Source: Takakia lepidozioides
Taxonomy: Eukaryota; Plantae; Bryophyta
DNA length: 64,000 nt
Assembly: GCA_030704615.1 (NCBI GenBank)
Contig: CM060733.1
Span: forward strand, 17,918,001 to 17,982,000
Direction: 5' to 3'
Shown: positions 12,720 through 24,060 of the stretch, in pieces
Layout: every line of letters begins with the position of its first letter
Numbering within the stretch: position 1 is the stretch's first letter
Notes under the pieces: generated by a model
Databases searched by the model: none
What the model was told of the DNA's origin: nothing
Seen by the model: only the letters and a program-made list of their open reading frames with translations
Made by a program: the position numbers and the translations under genes

Positions 12720-14078
12720 TCATGCTTTGACGAATTCCACGACGGAGAGATCACCCAGAGAGACGGCAATGTCCAGGCGTGAAAAGCCTGCTGCCATTGC
12801 CAGATGCCGAAGTTCCTGCTCAGTGCGCTCCTGGGCGCCCAGTGATTGGGTGACCATCATGAGGAGGTTTTTGCGGAAGATCAGTCGAGCGGCTGCCCCA
12901 TGATCAACATCCACAGGCACCACTGATTCAACTGCTATAACCTTTCCATTGGGTGGGAGTGCCTGGTAGCAGTTCTTCAAGATCTTGATGCAATCGTCAT
13001 CGCTCCAGTCATGCAATATCGACTGTTCAAATGATTCACCAGGACCCCAGTGTTAAGGGCAAGAGAATTTTCACAGCATAACCGTTAACTCATTCTTGAG
13101 TAAAGACAAGGGAAAGCAAATCGAATATCAATTGGCACAGGGTCAGCAGGGGACCTTCATGAAGATTGCATCACCCGATGGTACACTCTCAAACATGTCG
13201 CCACCTTCATGCTCCACACCTGGCATGCATGGGATATAAAAACTCTGATTAATACAGCACAAACCAGGGGACTTGCAAGAAAAAGAAATCGACGAAAGTG
13301 TTCAGAGCGTACCAGGATAAGAAGGGGCGGCTGCAACTACATGAGGCTGATCAAAGTTTACACCCTGAATGTGGGGGTACTTCTTAGTGATGAGGCTGAG
13401 GGAGTAGCCCCAGCCTCCCCCTACATCTATCAAATGCTTCACATCACCGAAGCCGTGGTAAAGACTCAGGAAAAGCTGCATGGAGACTTGCGAATGACTG
13501 GTCATCCCTGCGTTGAATATTGCGTCAAAACGTGGATCTACAGCGGCATACTCAAACATACTCTTTCCATGTGCTTTCTTGAAAGGTTCACTGGTGTCAT
13601 CCAGAACTGTGGTGTGGAGTTGCTGCCACGTTTCCATCAGAATCTGGTCTTGGCTCATCAAAAGTATGGGTCCATATTTCGGGAACCCCTCCTCATCCTT
13701 GACAAAATAGTTGCTCACTGGCAGCAACCCGTAACGTCGCACGGTCTTGCTACCATCTGACTCTTTCTCCACTGTTTCGCTGAAGAAATCCTGGCTCGCT
13801 AGCACACGGAGAATTCGATCCAAGTAGACAGCATTGAGTTGCTTTCCTGGCATGACTTGGAAGGCAAGCTCTTCAGCTGTCAGACCTGCACCGGGTCCAG
13901 CTTTGGCTATAGTATCGGGAACGTTCAATAGAATGGCGGCTTTCAAAGCTGCAGGTACTGTGTTCATGGTGAAGAAGTCCATTGCATGTAACCATGGTTT
14001 GTAGTCTAGATCCCGCTGCCGCTGCTGCTGGAATGTACCAGACAGCAGATCACCTTCAATGCTACCGAATGGTGCCAT
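12720..14078 (-). CDS. COMT: Caffeic acid O-methyltransferase-like class II SAM-dependent O-methyltransferase; exons 14078-13313, 13219-13155, 13022-12720; 377 aa
   Basis: GT-AG introns give an uninterrupted 1134-nt CDS. It has an N-terminal dimerisation domain ([21 protein letters not shown]), SAM motif [33 protein letters not shown], catalytic ILHDWSD and GAQERTEQE. Confidence 0.93.
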
Positions 14079-14230
14079 GGTTGGACACTAATATCCACGG
14101 GCCAGACTCCAAGGGACAATTTAGAACAGAACTACTTTCGCAGTGTGTGTTTAAACAGCAGCGAAAGGGAGCAAGGAAACACAAGTTGCAGCTCAGGCAG
14201 TACGTTGATAGAGAGGCGGGGCCATCAGGA

Positions 14231-14238
14231 ATATATAT
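14231..14238 (-). promoter_or_regulatory. Putative TATA box of the COMT-like gene
   Basis: ATATATAT about 155 bp upstream of the ATG. Confidence 0.4.
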
Positions 14239-14984
14239 GTGCAGCTGGGTCCTCAGGCCGACGTTCCATCTGACCCATTTTTCAATTTTGCTGATGGCAG
14301 TCGATGGAAAATGGGTATCTGTGACCATTCCATGTGAACCCATGGGTTTGACCCATTGTCGTGAGGTGTGTCGGCACAGTGTATTTTTTCACCTGGGCGA
14401 CCTGCAATACTTACCATAATTTAGCTGACTTGCTGACTTGCTGACTCCGTTCTCCAAGTTAGTGTAGTCTGGGTGGTTTCCTCTAATTTTGTCGGCCTCC
14501 ATCACTCAGGCAAGGAGCGGGTGATTGCTTGGGAGGTTTTGCACCGGATGGACTTGAAGAGATTGGGTCTACATATGTCCACAAATGGTTACCAAAGCCG
14601 AATCTGTTTTCCAATCATCGGTGCTTGGGTTGAACATCCCATGAATTACAGTATTCCTACGATGGGTTTGTGAAGTCAAACCCATTTTGGGATGAGGTCA
14701 TAGGATGGGATAGGGTTGAAGAAAAGGAGGACTCTTGCCGAAGGTAACGTGTCCCTGCTATTCCGACGATACTGCTTTCTATTGGGAAGCTTCTATGCGG
14801 AAGATGGACAAGAGATTGGGTAGGATGTGCGTAGGCTGATGCCGCTGTGAGCGTGCTTGTGTTAAGCCGACTGACTAAAACATGAGCTTCACGTATTTAG
14901 AGAAACTGCCAAGTCCAAGAGGCAGCAAAGGCCTCAACCCACACTATGACAGATTGCCTATGAACGAAAATGGTTCACGGACAA

Positions 14985-16045
14985 GCGAACAAAGTGGTGA
15001 GTCGATGAGTCTTCATAAGCCGATGGTGCCTAAGTGATGAGTGAGCTTCGTGTCTTGGATGCATCCATAAGCACAGACGAACAACAACCGGAACTAAAAG
15101 CCTAAAAATGCTGTGAGCATACTAAACTCCCAAATTGAAGGGTGTTGTATGTTAGAGTGATGGTACTTAGGGAGCAGAGGGTAGTAGACGTTTTGCAGTA
15201 GGTTGTTTACCTGCGAACACGATTCACGTGCTTTCTTGTTCTTGTTGTTATCAGGAATGTTGCTGGTCCCACAAAATTTCCCATTTCCGTCGTTTCGACG
15301 TTTCGACCAGCATACCACCAAGTTGTTAGTACAGAGGTAGTCACGTGAGATGGCAGACTCTCAAAGAAATGAACAGAAGCTTTGTTTGTGTGGAACTAAC
15401 AAGCTCACAGGCGAGGTGAAGTGTAGCTGCTGGCCATCGTCCTCTATCGCAGGGGTCACTCTCTCATGATGGCATATGCTCAACTTTCTTCTCGCACAAT
15501 CAAGAAAGTGGAAGATCCTTGGCCATCAAGTTACCATCAAGTTTCAAGTTCTTGTTATATTTCCCATTCTGTCTTGATGAAAGCAGATTTGGTCTTATAC
15601 TTGTAAATTATCAGTATCTCCTCTCTTTTCACCTGCTGGATTCCCAGAAGATGTGAATGGAGTTGACAGGGGGGCCATATTTCACACCACAGCAACCCCT
15701 TGGCACCCTTGCAGAAACAGTATACCGCTAGTCTCTCAGACTCCCGGAGTCTTGACTCCCTTTCCAGAACAAGACCAACATTAGGTGTCTGGCAGGCCTT
15801 GCAGAGAGTATGTTGACCATTTGAACTTTCATTCATGGGAAATCGCACAAGTCACACTATAACCCAATAAATAAGAATGAATGGTTCTTTGCAATCTGTG
15901 GGGATGACTCTTATCAATCACTGGTCCAGTCCTAGGTTTCCAGATGAGACATATCAGTGTTCATATTTTCATCTTCTGCGACAAGCTATAAGTCGCACTC
16001 CACCGTGGAACAAGAAACTAGCTGTCTATCTTTGCCATATAGTGT
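14985..16045 (+). repeat. ~1-kb dispersed duplication, copy 1 (copy 2 at ~62350-63330)
   Basis: Long colinear shared blocks, e.g. gttatcaggaatgttgctggtcccacaaaatttcccattt, cacaagtcacactataacccaataaataagaatga and tttccagatgagacatatcagtgttcatattttca. Confidence 0.9.
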
Positions 16046-16282
16046 TACTAAGCCAGTTGAGTAGGTGAATGACTACCTGCCCCAGCAGTGACTCCCAAAT
16101 CTTACCAATTGATTAAGCCTTGTAAGGAACCAACTGTGGTGAAAATCCAAAATGCTTGTCGGTTTTAGAAAGTGAAATGCACTGCTAATTGAACAAAAAT
16201 GCTGGACCTGCTTTGGGAGGCAAGCTCGCAATACAGCCTCGCAAGGATGTGATCAACTCTCTGCCGCAAGAGTGAACATTAC

Positions 16283-16660
16283 TCAGTACATAGCCTTGAT
16301 GATGACCTCCCGCATCAGCTCTTTTGGAGCTGCAATGACACGAGTTATCCACACCACCATTTGCACTCCATTCTCTTGTGTAAAGCAAGTACCCAGAAGC
16401 ATCCGACATTTACCCTCTTGACAAACTGTTAGGTCACTCAGGAGATCATTGAACTGGCTAATAAGGCTCAGGAAACGACCGAAAGGACAGAGATTACCTG
16501 GACGGCCTGTGAAAAGCTCGAGCTGGCCAGTAGCCTGCCTAATGAACATCTCCAGCCCACTCACAACTGTAGCACCTACATCTGATGCCTCCCGCAAAAG
16601 GGTTGTGACTTTTGGTGTGTACACCGCATCAAACACGAGGCTGTATGAAGTCAATGCCTC
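16283..16660 (-). CDS. Last two exons (16660-16498, 16329-16283) of a 3-dehydroquinate dehydratase/shikimate (or quinate) dehydrogenase gene
   Basis: EALTSYSLVFDAVYTPKVTTLLREASDVGATVVSGLEMFIRQATGQLELFTGRP|APKELMREVIIKAMY*. Canonical CAG/GT splice sites and the typical SDH C-terminal motifs (FDAVYTP, SGLEMF.RQA). Confidence 0.88.
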   Translation of the reverse strand, partial: EALTSYSLVFDAVYTPKVTTLLREASDVGATVVSGLEMFIRQATGQLELFTGRPGNLCPFGRFLSLISQFNDLLSDLTVCQEGKCRMLLGTCFTQENGVQMVVWITRVIAAPKELMREVIIKAMY

Positions 16661-18944
16661 CTGCTCAACAACAAAACAAATCTATTTTCTGTCACCGATT
16701 ATATATATTATTATTTCTTTCACCAATTGCGTTCCTTCATGAGATACCCCTAAGCATGGTAAGATGCCTTTCCTCCTATGTCGCCTTCTTAAGTGACATG
16801 GTTGTAGCTTCTGATCAGATTGAATTGCTAGCTGTAGTCAGTCGGCCCACTAGGTTTGTATTTATAAACCTACGGCTCTGGGAGACAACAGTTTTGGGGA
16901 GGACAATGAACCAGTTGATTTGTAACTATTTGGTTCTAATCTGATATCAAGGAGGGTTGCTTACACAGACTACTCTTGCGTACGAGACGAAGTTTCCATG
17001 GAGGGCGATTTACTCAGATCGCCCATGGCATCTAAAGTATGGTTGGTGTGAATGGACTTGAGGCATTGTAGTTTTGTTTTAAGCATTGAGTTGCAGTGGA
17101 GCAGCTGTTTTGTGTTGTATGCATAGAGCATAGGCAGTAGTGAATTGCAGCTGAGAAATAGACAATAGTCAGCAAGCTTGTCGGTTCAAAGCTTGCGAGT
17201 TCAAATGTTGGATGATTTTCTCCTATGGTAAGGCAGTAAATGGCCTCTATTGTCATGTAAATGATGCAAGGATGATACCCTTCCTGCCTTAGTTTAAGGG
17301 GAAGGTGGTATTCCACTAGAGTCTGTCCACAAATGTTTATTTGAGTCCACATTTTCTTTTAAAATTGATTGACTGAGCATTTGTTTAAAGCAAGTTTGGG
17401 AAGGTGAAGTGAGTAGTTCATATCCCCACCCATTTTCACTCATGGGTGGTAAGGTGGTGTGGACTTCTACATTCCACAGGTCATGTGCGGGCAGGCACTG
17501 ATTGGGCCCCCAACCAGATGGCTATTATAGGGTTCGAACTTATCCTTGATGCACTCCAGGCCGAAAATTACAAATTTGGACTATTAGAAAATGGCTTTGA
17601 ATATCTTTGCAAGGAGTCGTTGTCTGAACGTGCAAAAGTTTCAGCTGTAATATGAACTGCCTGACGAACATTGAGTAACATGCCATGGATTGTTGCAGGT
17701 GCTGGAATCAACTAATTGTACTACATGGTCAGGGTCCTTGCTTAAATTTCATTGCATGTTTCTGTGGTAGCTTCAGCAGTTCGAAATGTGGATCTCCTGA
17801 ATTAATTCCTTTCCTCTTGGGTGGACTGGGAAACCAATATCTCAACTCCTGATAGTGGGTGGGTGTGCATGTTCAGCTGGCCATGGAGCAGTTCTTGGTT
17901 CATGGAGCAGTCCTAAGAGTAGATCTATGAAGTATCCCCTTCAGAAGCTGTGACGTTTCTTGAGTAGACATCATGTCCTTTTTAGAAGATGGACGTTCAT
18001 GTGCTGACTACCTGGAAACATCTCTCCTACTGTGTGGAATGAAAGAAAGACATCAAGGAGGATTGCCTGACAACTATCATTCCAGATGCAATTGAACAGT
18101 GATGTGGGTATAAGAAGACGACTCCAGCTGAAGCTGGGTGTAACTAAGAGGGATGTGGGTATATTTGTATAGGAGCTTCGCACTGACAACTGGCATGCGA
18201 CTGCGGTGAACTTCCTGAAACCTGTTCGTCAGGTCAATACTTTCCCTCGGATATGTTTTTGTGTTTGTCAACCCACTGTTGCCACTTACCCTACAACAGA
18301 TAGGATCGCACGGTGCTCGCAGTACGTCAGGCATGTCAGCGTCCATCCCTGTCCCAAGGCAGCTGGTGGTGACAGGTCACATGGAAATAACTTAGACCCT
18401 AATCGGATGATCCAAGTATCACCCGTCATTCGTGCTCAAATACTAAATTGTTTTTTTTAATAAAAAAATTTATCGAACAGGGGGCGAGGCCTTGATAGAG
18501 CTTTTATTGATAGGATTATTGAAGGGAAAAAATTAAACCCTTTAAGTGCCCGAAGGCTGCCATAAGGCTGATCTCACGGTTTGCCGTGCTGGATAACTCT
18601 CGAACAGTGAACGCATTACTGGGTACGTTACAGACCCCTGAAAATAACCTCTCTCTCACAGCGAGAGGAATCCTACCAATAAACTGGCATATCATGAAAA
18701 TTAACATGGTTGAGAACCAGAAAGAAGATGCTTATGGTATCAAGACCAAAAAGAGAGTAGATGAGAGAAGATGAGAGGGCAGGCAATTGGAGATGGCGAA
18801 AGAGGAAAGACAGCCATAGAGGGGCACAAGTGGAAGGTATCAATGGGCCCTAGCAAAGCACTGAAGACATTCTATCTATGAAAGCAAAGCTTGGCCGAGG
18901 ATGTGGGCCTGATGTGCTTCCAATTGACATCGGATCTTTCAAAC

Positions 18945-21900
18945 TTAGGGGAAGCTGAAGAGCTCGGATCTGAGTCCCTGCCAAGAGTGTGGAACTAAAT
19001 CTGCCCATACATAGGTGAGATCATAAGCGCAGCTACAAATGACCCCATGCTTCCCCCAAGTTGTTCGGAAGGCATGGAGGAGGGCTGGCTGACGCTGCAG
19101 CTTCCTGACAGCCTCTGCACACAATGAAGCCCATGCCTTCTTAGCCGTTATTGTAAGGTCAAAGAAGACCAGAGAGAGAAGGGCAGTAGGAGATGAGTTT
19201 TCATTGTTGAGGGCCCATGCACAACGACATTTCCATAAATTCCAGAGAGTGGATGCCCTTAGGGTCTCAAAGACCGGGCATGAGGAAGCCTGGGATTTCT
19301 GTGCTTGATCATAGTTAAGCAAGATTTGCACAGGGGAGTCCGGCAAGAGGTCCCAGTTCCTATAGAAGTCCCTCACTAGCGACCAGATGGCAGTGGGAGC
19401 TTTGCAGTAGATGAGGCAGTGCTCCAAGGTTTCGATGGTACCTATCGAGTAGCATTGGCATAGAAGGGCCTCTGCAAAGTTAAGAAATTGGCCTACTTTG
19501 AGGACTCGGTTGGCAACCTACCAAAGGAAAGCGCTAATCTTGGCTGGTTTTGATTTCTCCCATATTAAAGCCCAAATACACTTCCAGTTCTCATCAGCAA
19601 AATTTTCATGCCCTCATTTTTTATTCCATTTGGCATACAAGGGTGCTGCCCCCAAGAGGGCCCTGTACGCTCTCTTGGCAGTGTATGCAAAGAAGGGTAG
19701 GAGTTCATCTTTGAAGAGCCATTTCCATTCTGCAGGGTCTATTTGTAGAGAGGAAATCTGAGACCCTTCTATGAGAGCAAAAGAACTTTGTTGCAGCCAT
19801 GGAATAATGGGAGAGCCCATAGGAGCTTGAGGGTTGAATGGTTTGGATGGGTCAGACCAGTGGCAGATCCGGGCTGGTGAGCAAGAGGCAGAGGGTAGAG
19901 AAACTGTCTGTTGAGAGGAAAGAGAGAGCAGACCAGAGTAATCATCAGCCTGGAATTGATAACCAGAAACCTGTAACCTTGAGGAGGCAATGAGGTAGAG
20001 GACATGAAGGTTCTGGAAGTTAGAGAGAACCCACCGGTGGGGAGAAGGAGGGTCAGGGCCGCCTGCAAGAATAAGCTTCCACGAGTCTGGAATGGAGCGA
20101 ATGATATATGTTATGCCTGATTGAAGGCGCCGGGAACCCAGAGCTTGTTGGAGAGACTGGGGTGTACTATCCCAGAGAATTTTGACAGTGGAGACTCCTC
20201 TTGAATCCCAACCTGCCCATCTTTTGGCTTGGACTTTTTCCTCCCGGGAGGGATTGTTAGAGTTAAGGAAAAGGTGTTGTCTCAAAACTTCGTGAAAAGA
20301 AGCTGGCTCCTGCTTCCTAAGGAAGGGTCTGAAGTAGTTCCAAGCCTTCCAAATAGAGTTCCAAAGTGGGGAGCCCTGAGCTTTGTGGTTAAAGCCTTGC
20401 AGAATCCAACGGGAAGAAGGTGCCCAGGCAGTGCTTTGCATAGGGGAGGATTCCGAGATGGAAGCACCAACCATGAGTTTCCACCAGCCACCTTCTGGTC
20501 CAAAATATCTTGGAAGCCATTTACCAAGTAAGGCTTAGATTTGAGTTTCAGGATCCAGAACCCCTAGGTCCCCTTGTTTTTTGGGGAGACATATTTGGTG
20601 CCATGAGACTTGGGGTCTCATGTTTTGCTCAGATGAGTTTGCTCCCCAGATGAAGTTCCTGACAATTCTTTTTACTTCATTGAGAGTCTTTGAGTCTGGC
20701 CCCCAGGCTGCAGCAAAGAACCAGATACCTGCTTCAAGGATCTGGTTGACTGTAAGCGCCCTTCCAGTGATGGAGAGGAATCGAGAGCCCCAATAGGTCA
20801 TCTGCTTTTTGAGCCTCTGGATTAATGGGCCAAAACATTGGTCTTCGGTAAGGTTACTACCAAAGATATGGCCCAACAAGGTGGTTGTTTCACCTTCGCG
20901 CAACCAGACCAGCCCAAGGTGGCCCCCCCAGGTAGGCACGATGCCAATAGCAGATCTAGATGTATCCCCTACCAGGAGTGCTTTAGTCTTGGACCAATTG
21001 ATTTTGAACCCTGAAACCCCACAAAATTGAAGAAGTGTGGTTTCAGCTGCAGCCAGGGTAGATGGGGTAGCTTCCAATAGTAGAAAGGTATCGTCTACGA
21101 ACATAGAGTCTTTGACCTGTCTCCAGAGTTGCGGCTTCAAGCATGTAACCCAAGGCATCGGCTACAAAGAGAAAGCGGAAGGGGGCCAGTGGACACCCCT
21201 GCCTGACAGATCTTTGCAATTGGAATGGTTTAGAGAGGTAACCATTGAGGAGAACTCTGCTGATGGCCCCCCTTAGGAGGATTGTCACCCATTGACAGAA
21301 GCCCTCAGGCAACCCTGCTTTACGAAGAACTGCTATCAGGAACGTCCAGTCTACTCTGTCAAAGGCTTTCTCAAAGTCAAGAAGCCACAGAGCCAAGGCT
21401 TGGTTCGAATTCGTGGCATAAAAATCGGCTTCTTGGGCCAGTAAAACATTGTCTAGGATGTACCTCCCTTTAATGAATCCTGCCTGTCCTATTCTGATCA
21501 TAGCAGGGAGTAGAGGTTGGATGCGCAGGGCAAGGGTCTTGGCAATTAGCTTGTAGGCCACATTGAGCAGGGTTATGGGTCTATAGTTCCCTATGTTAGA
21601 CCTATCCCCTTACTTAAAGAGCAACGTTATTACCAGTGTTGGCCGGGTACCATGTTTTGAGCCCTCTTCCGGTCCCGGTTATGGCCTAATCCTTGAAAAA
21701 ATTGGATGGCCGGGGCAGGGTATATCAATAGGTTTGAAAAACATCTCGGTTACAGGTTCTCATTAAACACATGAATTTTTTCTTGTCCGGTTCTCAATCT
21801 ACCGGTTATGCCATCTTAAAAATTGCCGGTTCCATGATACCGGTTATGGGATTAATCCATTTTTATATTTTTACTTTCTCTAGCATTTTTGTGTATGTGT

Positions 21901-24060
21901 GAAAAAATACACAAGAGGGCTACGGCCTGGTGGTAAGCCACTCGTGGATTGGCCTTTAGGTCTCAGGTTCAAATGTTCAACCCCTATCATCTATCTCTCT
22001 GCCTTCAGGCTGCCCCTGTAATATACTAAGTTTATAACTATTGTTTAGCCAAATGTACAACTAATTAATTTCCTATTTACTTGGACATTCTCAATGTTGT
22101 GCACCTAATCTCCCCAACCATTGTAAACGTATAGTTACTAGTAAGACATAACTAGGATCTGTCCATCTGCAATAATCTTAACTACCATCACCCTACCATC
22201 ACCAACCCCTATACCTATATTATCTAGAACCGCCTTTATGCCATCCCCATTTGCTCCGGATCCTGCTCCGGGTATAACACCCTTACAATCACAATGCCGG
22301 TTCTCTAGCCCGTTAGGAAGCCAGATGGCTTTAGCCGGTTCCCTTCCATAGCCGGTTCCTCCGGGGGCTGCACTTTCCAGGTATGCATATGTGCATAACC
22401 GGCAAATAACCGCCGGGTATGCATGTCCAGATGCCATACCCGGCCAACACTGGTTATGACACCCTGTGTCATAAAAGCAGGCATGTGGTCTACATATTTG
22501 ATACCATTGGCCATATCACAAAAGTCCTTGGACATAGTGGACCATAGTGCCTTGAAGAACTCCACCGGCATTCCATCTATCCCAGGTAATTTGTTGTTGT
22601 TCATAAGCTTAAGGGCAGCTTCGAGCTCTTTAATAGTGATCTCCTCCGTGAGCGGGATGGAATCAGCTGGTTTGAGCTTTTGAGGAAAATTGTCCAGACA
22701 CTGTGAAAGGTGGAACTGGTAAGAAAGGTCTTTGATGTCTTCTTGAAACAAAGTCTCGAAATGGGTAAAGGCTGCAGCTGTCATTTCTTTGGGGTTGGTC
22801 GTTTTGACACCATCAGAATTATACAGATCAGCTATGGTGTGAGTGGCTCGACGGAGTTTCATTTTTTGGAAAAAATATTTGGACATCTTTTCTCCCTTAG
22901 TTGACCAATTGATTCCTGCTTGCATCTTGATTTTGGATTACTGGAGGAGGTAATAGTTTTCAAGGTTAATGCGTGCTTCCAGGTAAGTCTGATAGGTATG
23001 GTTGTCACAGGACCTGGACTCCAATTTTTTCTGACAGACACTCAGGCATTTTTTACGAGCTTGAGCTTTTCTCTTCTGGGAGGCAGTGATCTATCTGCTG
23101 AGGTTTTGACTGATCTTGCTGGTAGCGGTCAGTTTGGCTTGAAATTTGAGGATGGGACAGACAAGGTGAAGCCCAGCAGAGGTCCACGCTTTCTTGATTG
23201 CCTCGAGGAAGAAGAGGATACGAAGGTGAGAGGAGTTAAGCTTATAGATGCCTCTTCCTCTCGAGTGGGAATTACGAAGCTTGAGTGTAGCAGAGATGAA
23301 AGCATGGTCAAAACCTTGGTGGATTGGTTCTTGGTGGTTTTGAAGTGCAAAGGGGGCCAAAGCGAGCAATATATAAAAACGACCGAGCCTGACCATACAA
23401 AGGTCGAGAACTGATCTATTATTTGTCCAAGTGAAGAATGGGCTTGTGGAGGAGGCATGGTGCGGGGGCCTATCTATTTCAATAAGGCTATGGTTTTGAG
23501 TGAGGTTTTGCTATGCCAAGTCCTCATCAGCTGAAAGGTGGTGGGAGTTTTGGGAACCCTGCACACACTATCCTTTTCTGTCTTCTAAGTTTTCCACCAT
23601 ATTGAAGTCCCCAGCCAAAACCCATTTGTGGATTGCTGGTTCTGCAGCCATCTTGTCATTGAGTTTGAACCAAAGAGCTGATCTGTCTGAGGCAGAGTTA
23701 GGTGCGTAGATGTTAATGAAGCCCGTGGGCTCGGAATCATTGGAGAAGAGCAGGGAGCAAAATTGAACTCTTCCTGGGTCCCAGATCTCATCCTTGAGAA
23801 TGAATTGTGTTAGGGAAGGGGATAGAAGGATAGCAGTGCCTCCTTTTGTGCCATCGCTAGAGGGTTTCCAAAGAGCTAGTGTCTTAGGCCAGATTTGATC
23901 TGTGAGGGTTTGAATTTTCTTGGCACAGAGCTTATGTGAAGAAAAACAATAGCTTGTGAGGATATAAGGGGTGTAAGCCAGATGGAGAGCTTTATTTTCT
24001 TATTAGCCATCCGGTTCGAGCCTAGACCCGTAATGTTCCAGGAAGAAGACTAACCTGCAT
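18945..24060 (-). pseudogene. LINE ORF2 (APE endonuclease, reverse transcriptase, zf-RVT)
   Basis: MQVSLL[S]WNITGL start; INIYAPN; AGDFNMV; YRPITLLNVAYK; LLDFEKAFDRVDW; SVRQGCPLAP; MFVDDT; ETLEHCLIYC. Frameshifts and stops present. Confidence 0.92.
21634..22452. mobile_element. Non-autonomous hAT element (MITE) inserted in LINE ORF2
   Basis: Perfect 16-bp TIR CAGTGTTGGCCGGGTA / TACCCGGCCAACACTG; 8-bp TSD gttattac / gttatgac; internal (A)CCGGT(T) repeats. Confidence 0.95.

Noticed and set aside
14985-16045. Possible snoRNA cluster in the duplicated block (GTGATGA and several ACA triplets conserved)
   Set aside because: No matching CTGA D box at a suitable distance, no rRNA-complementary guide recognised, and the indel pattern looks neutral.
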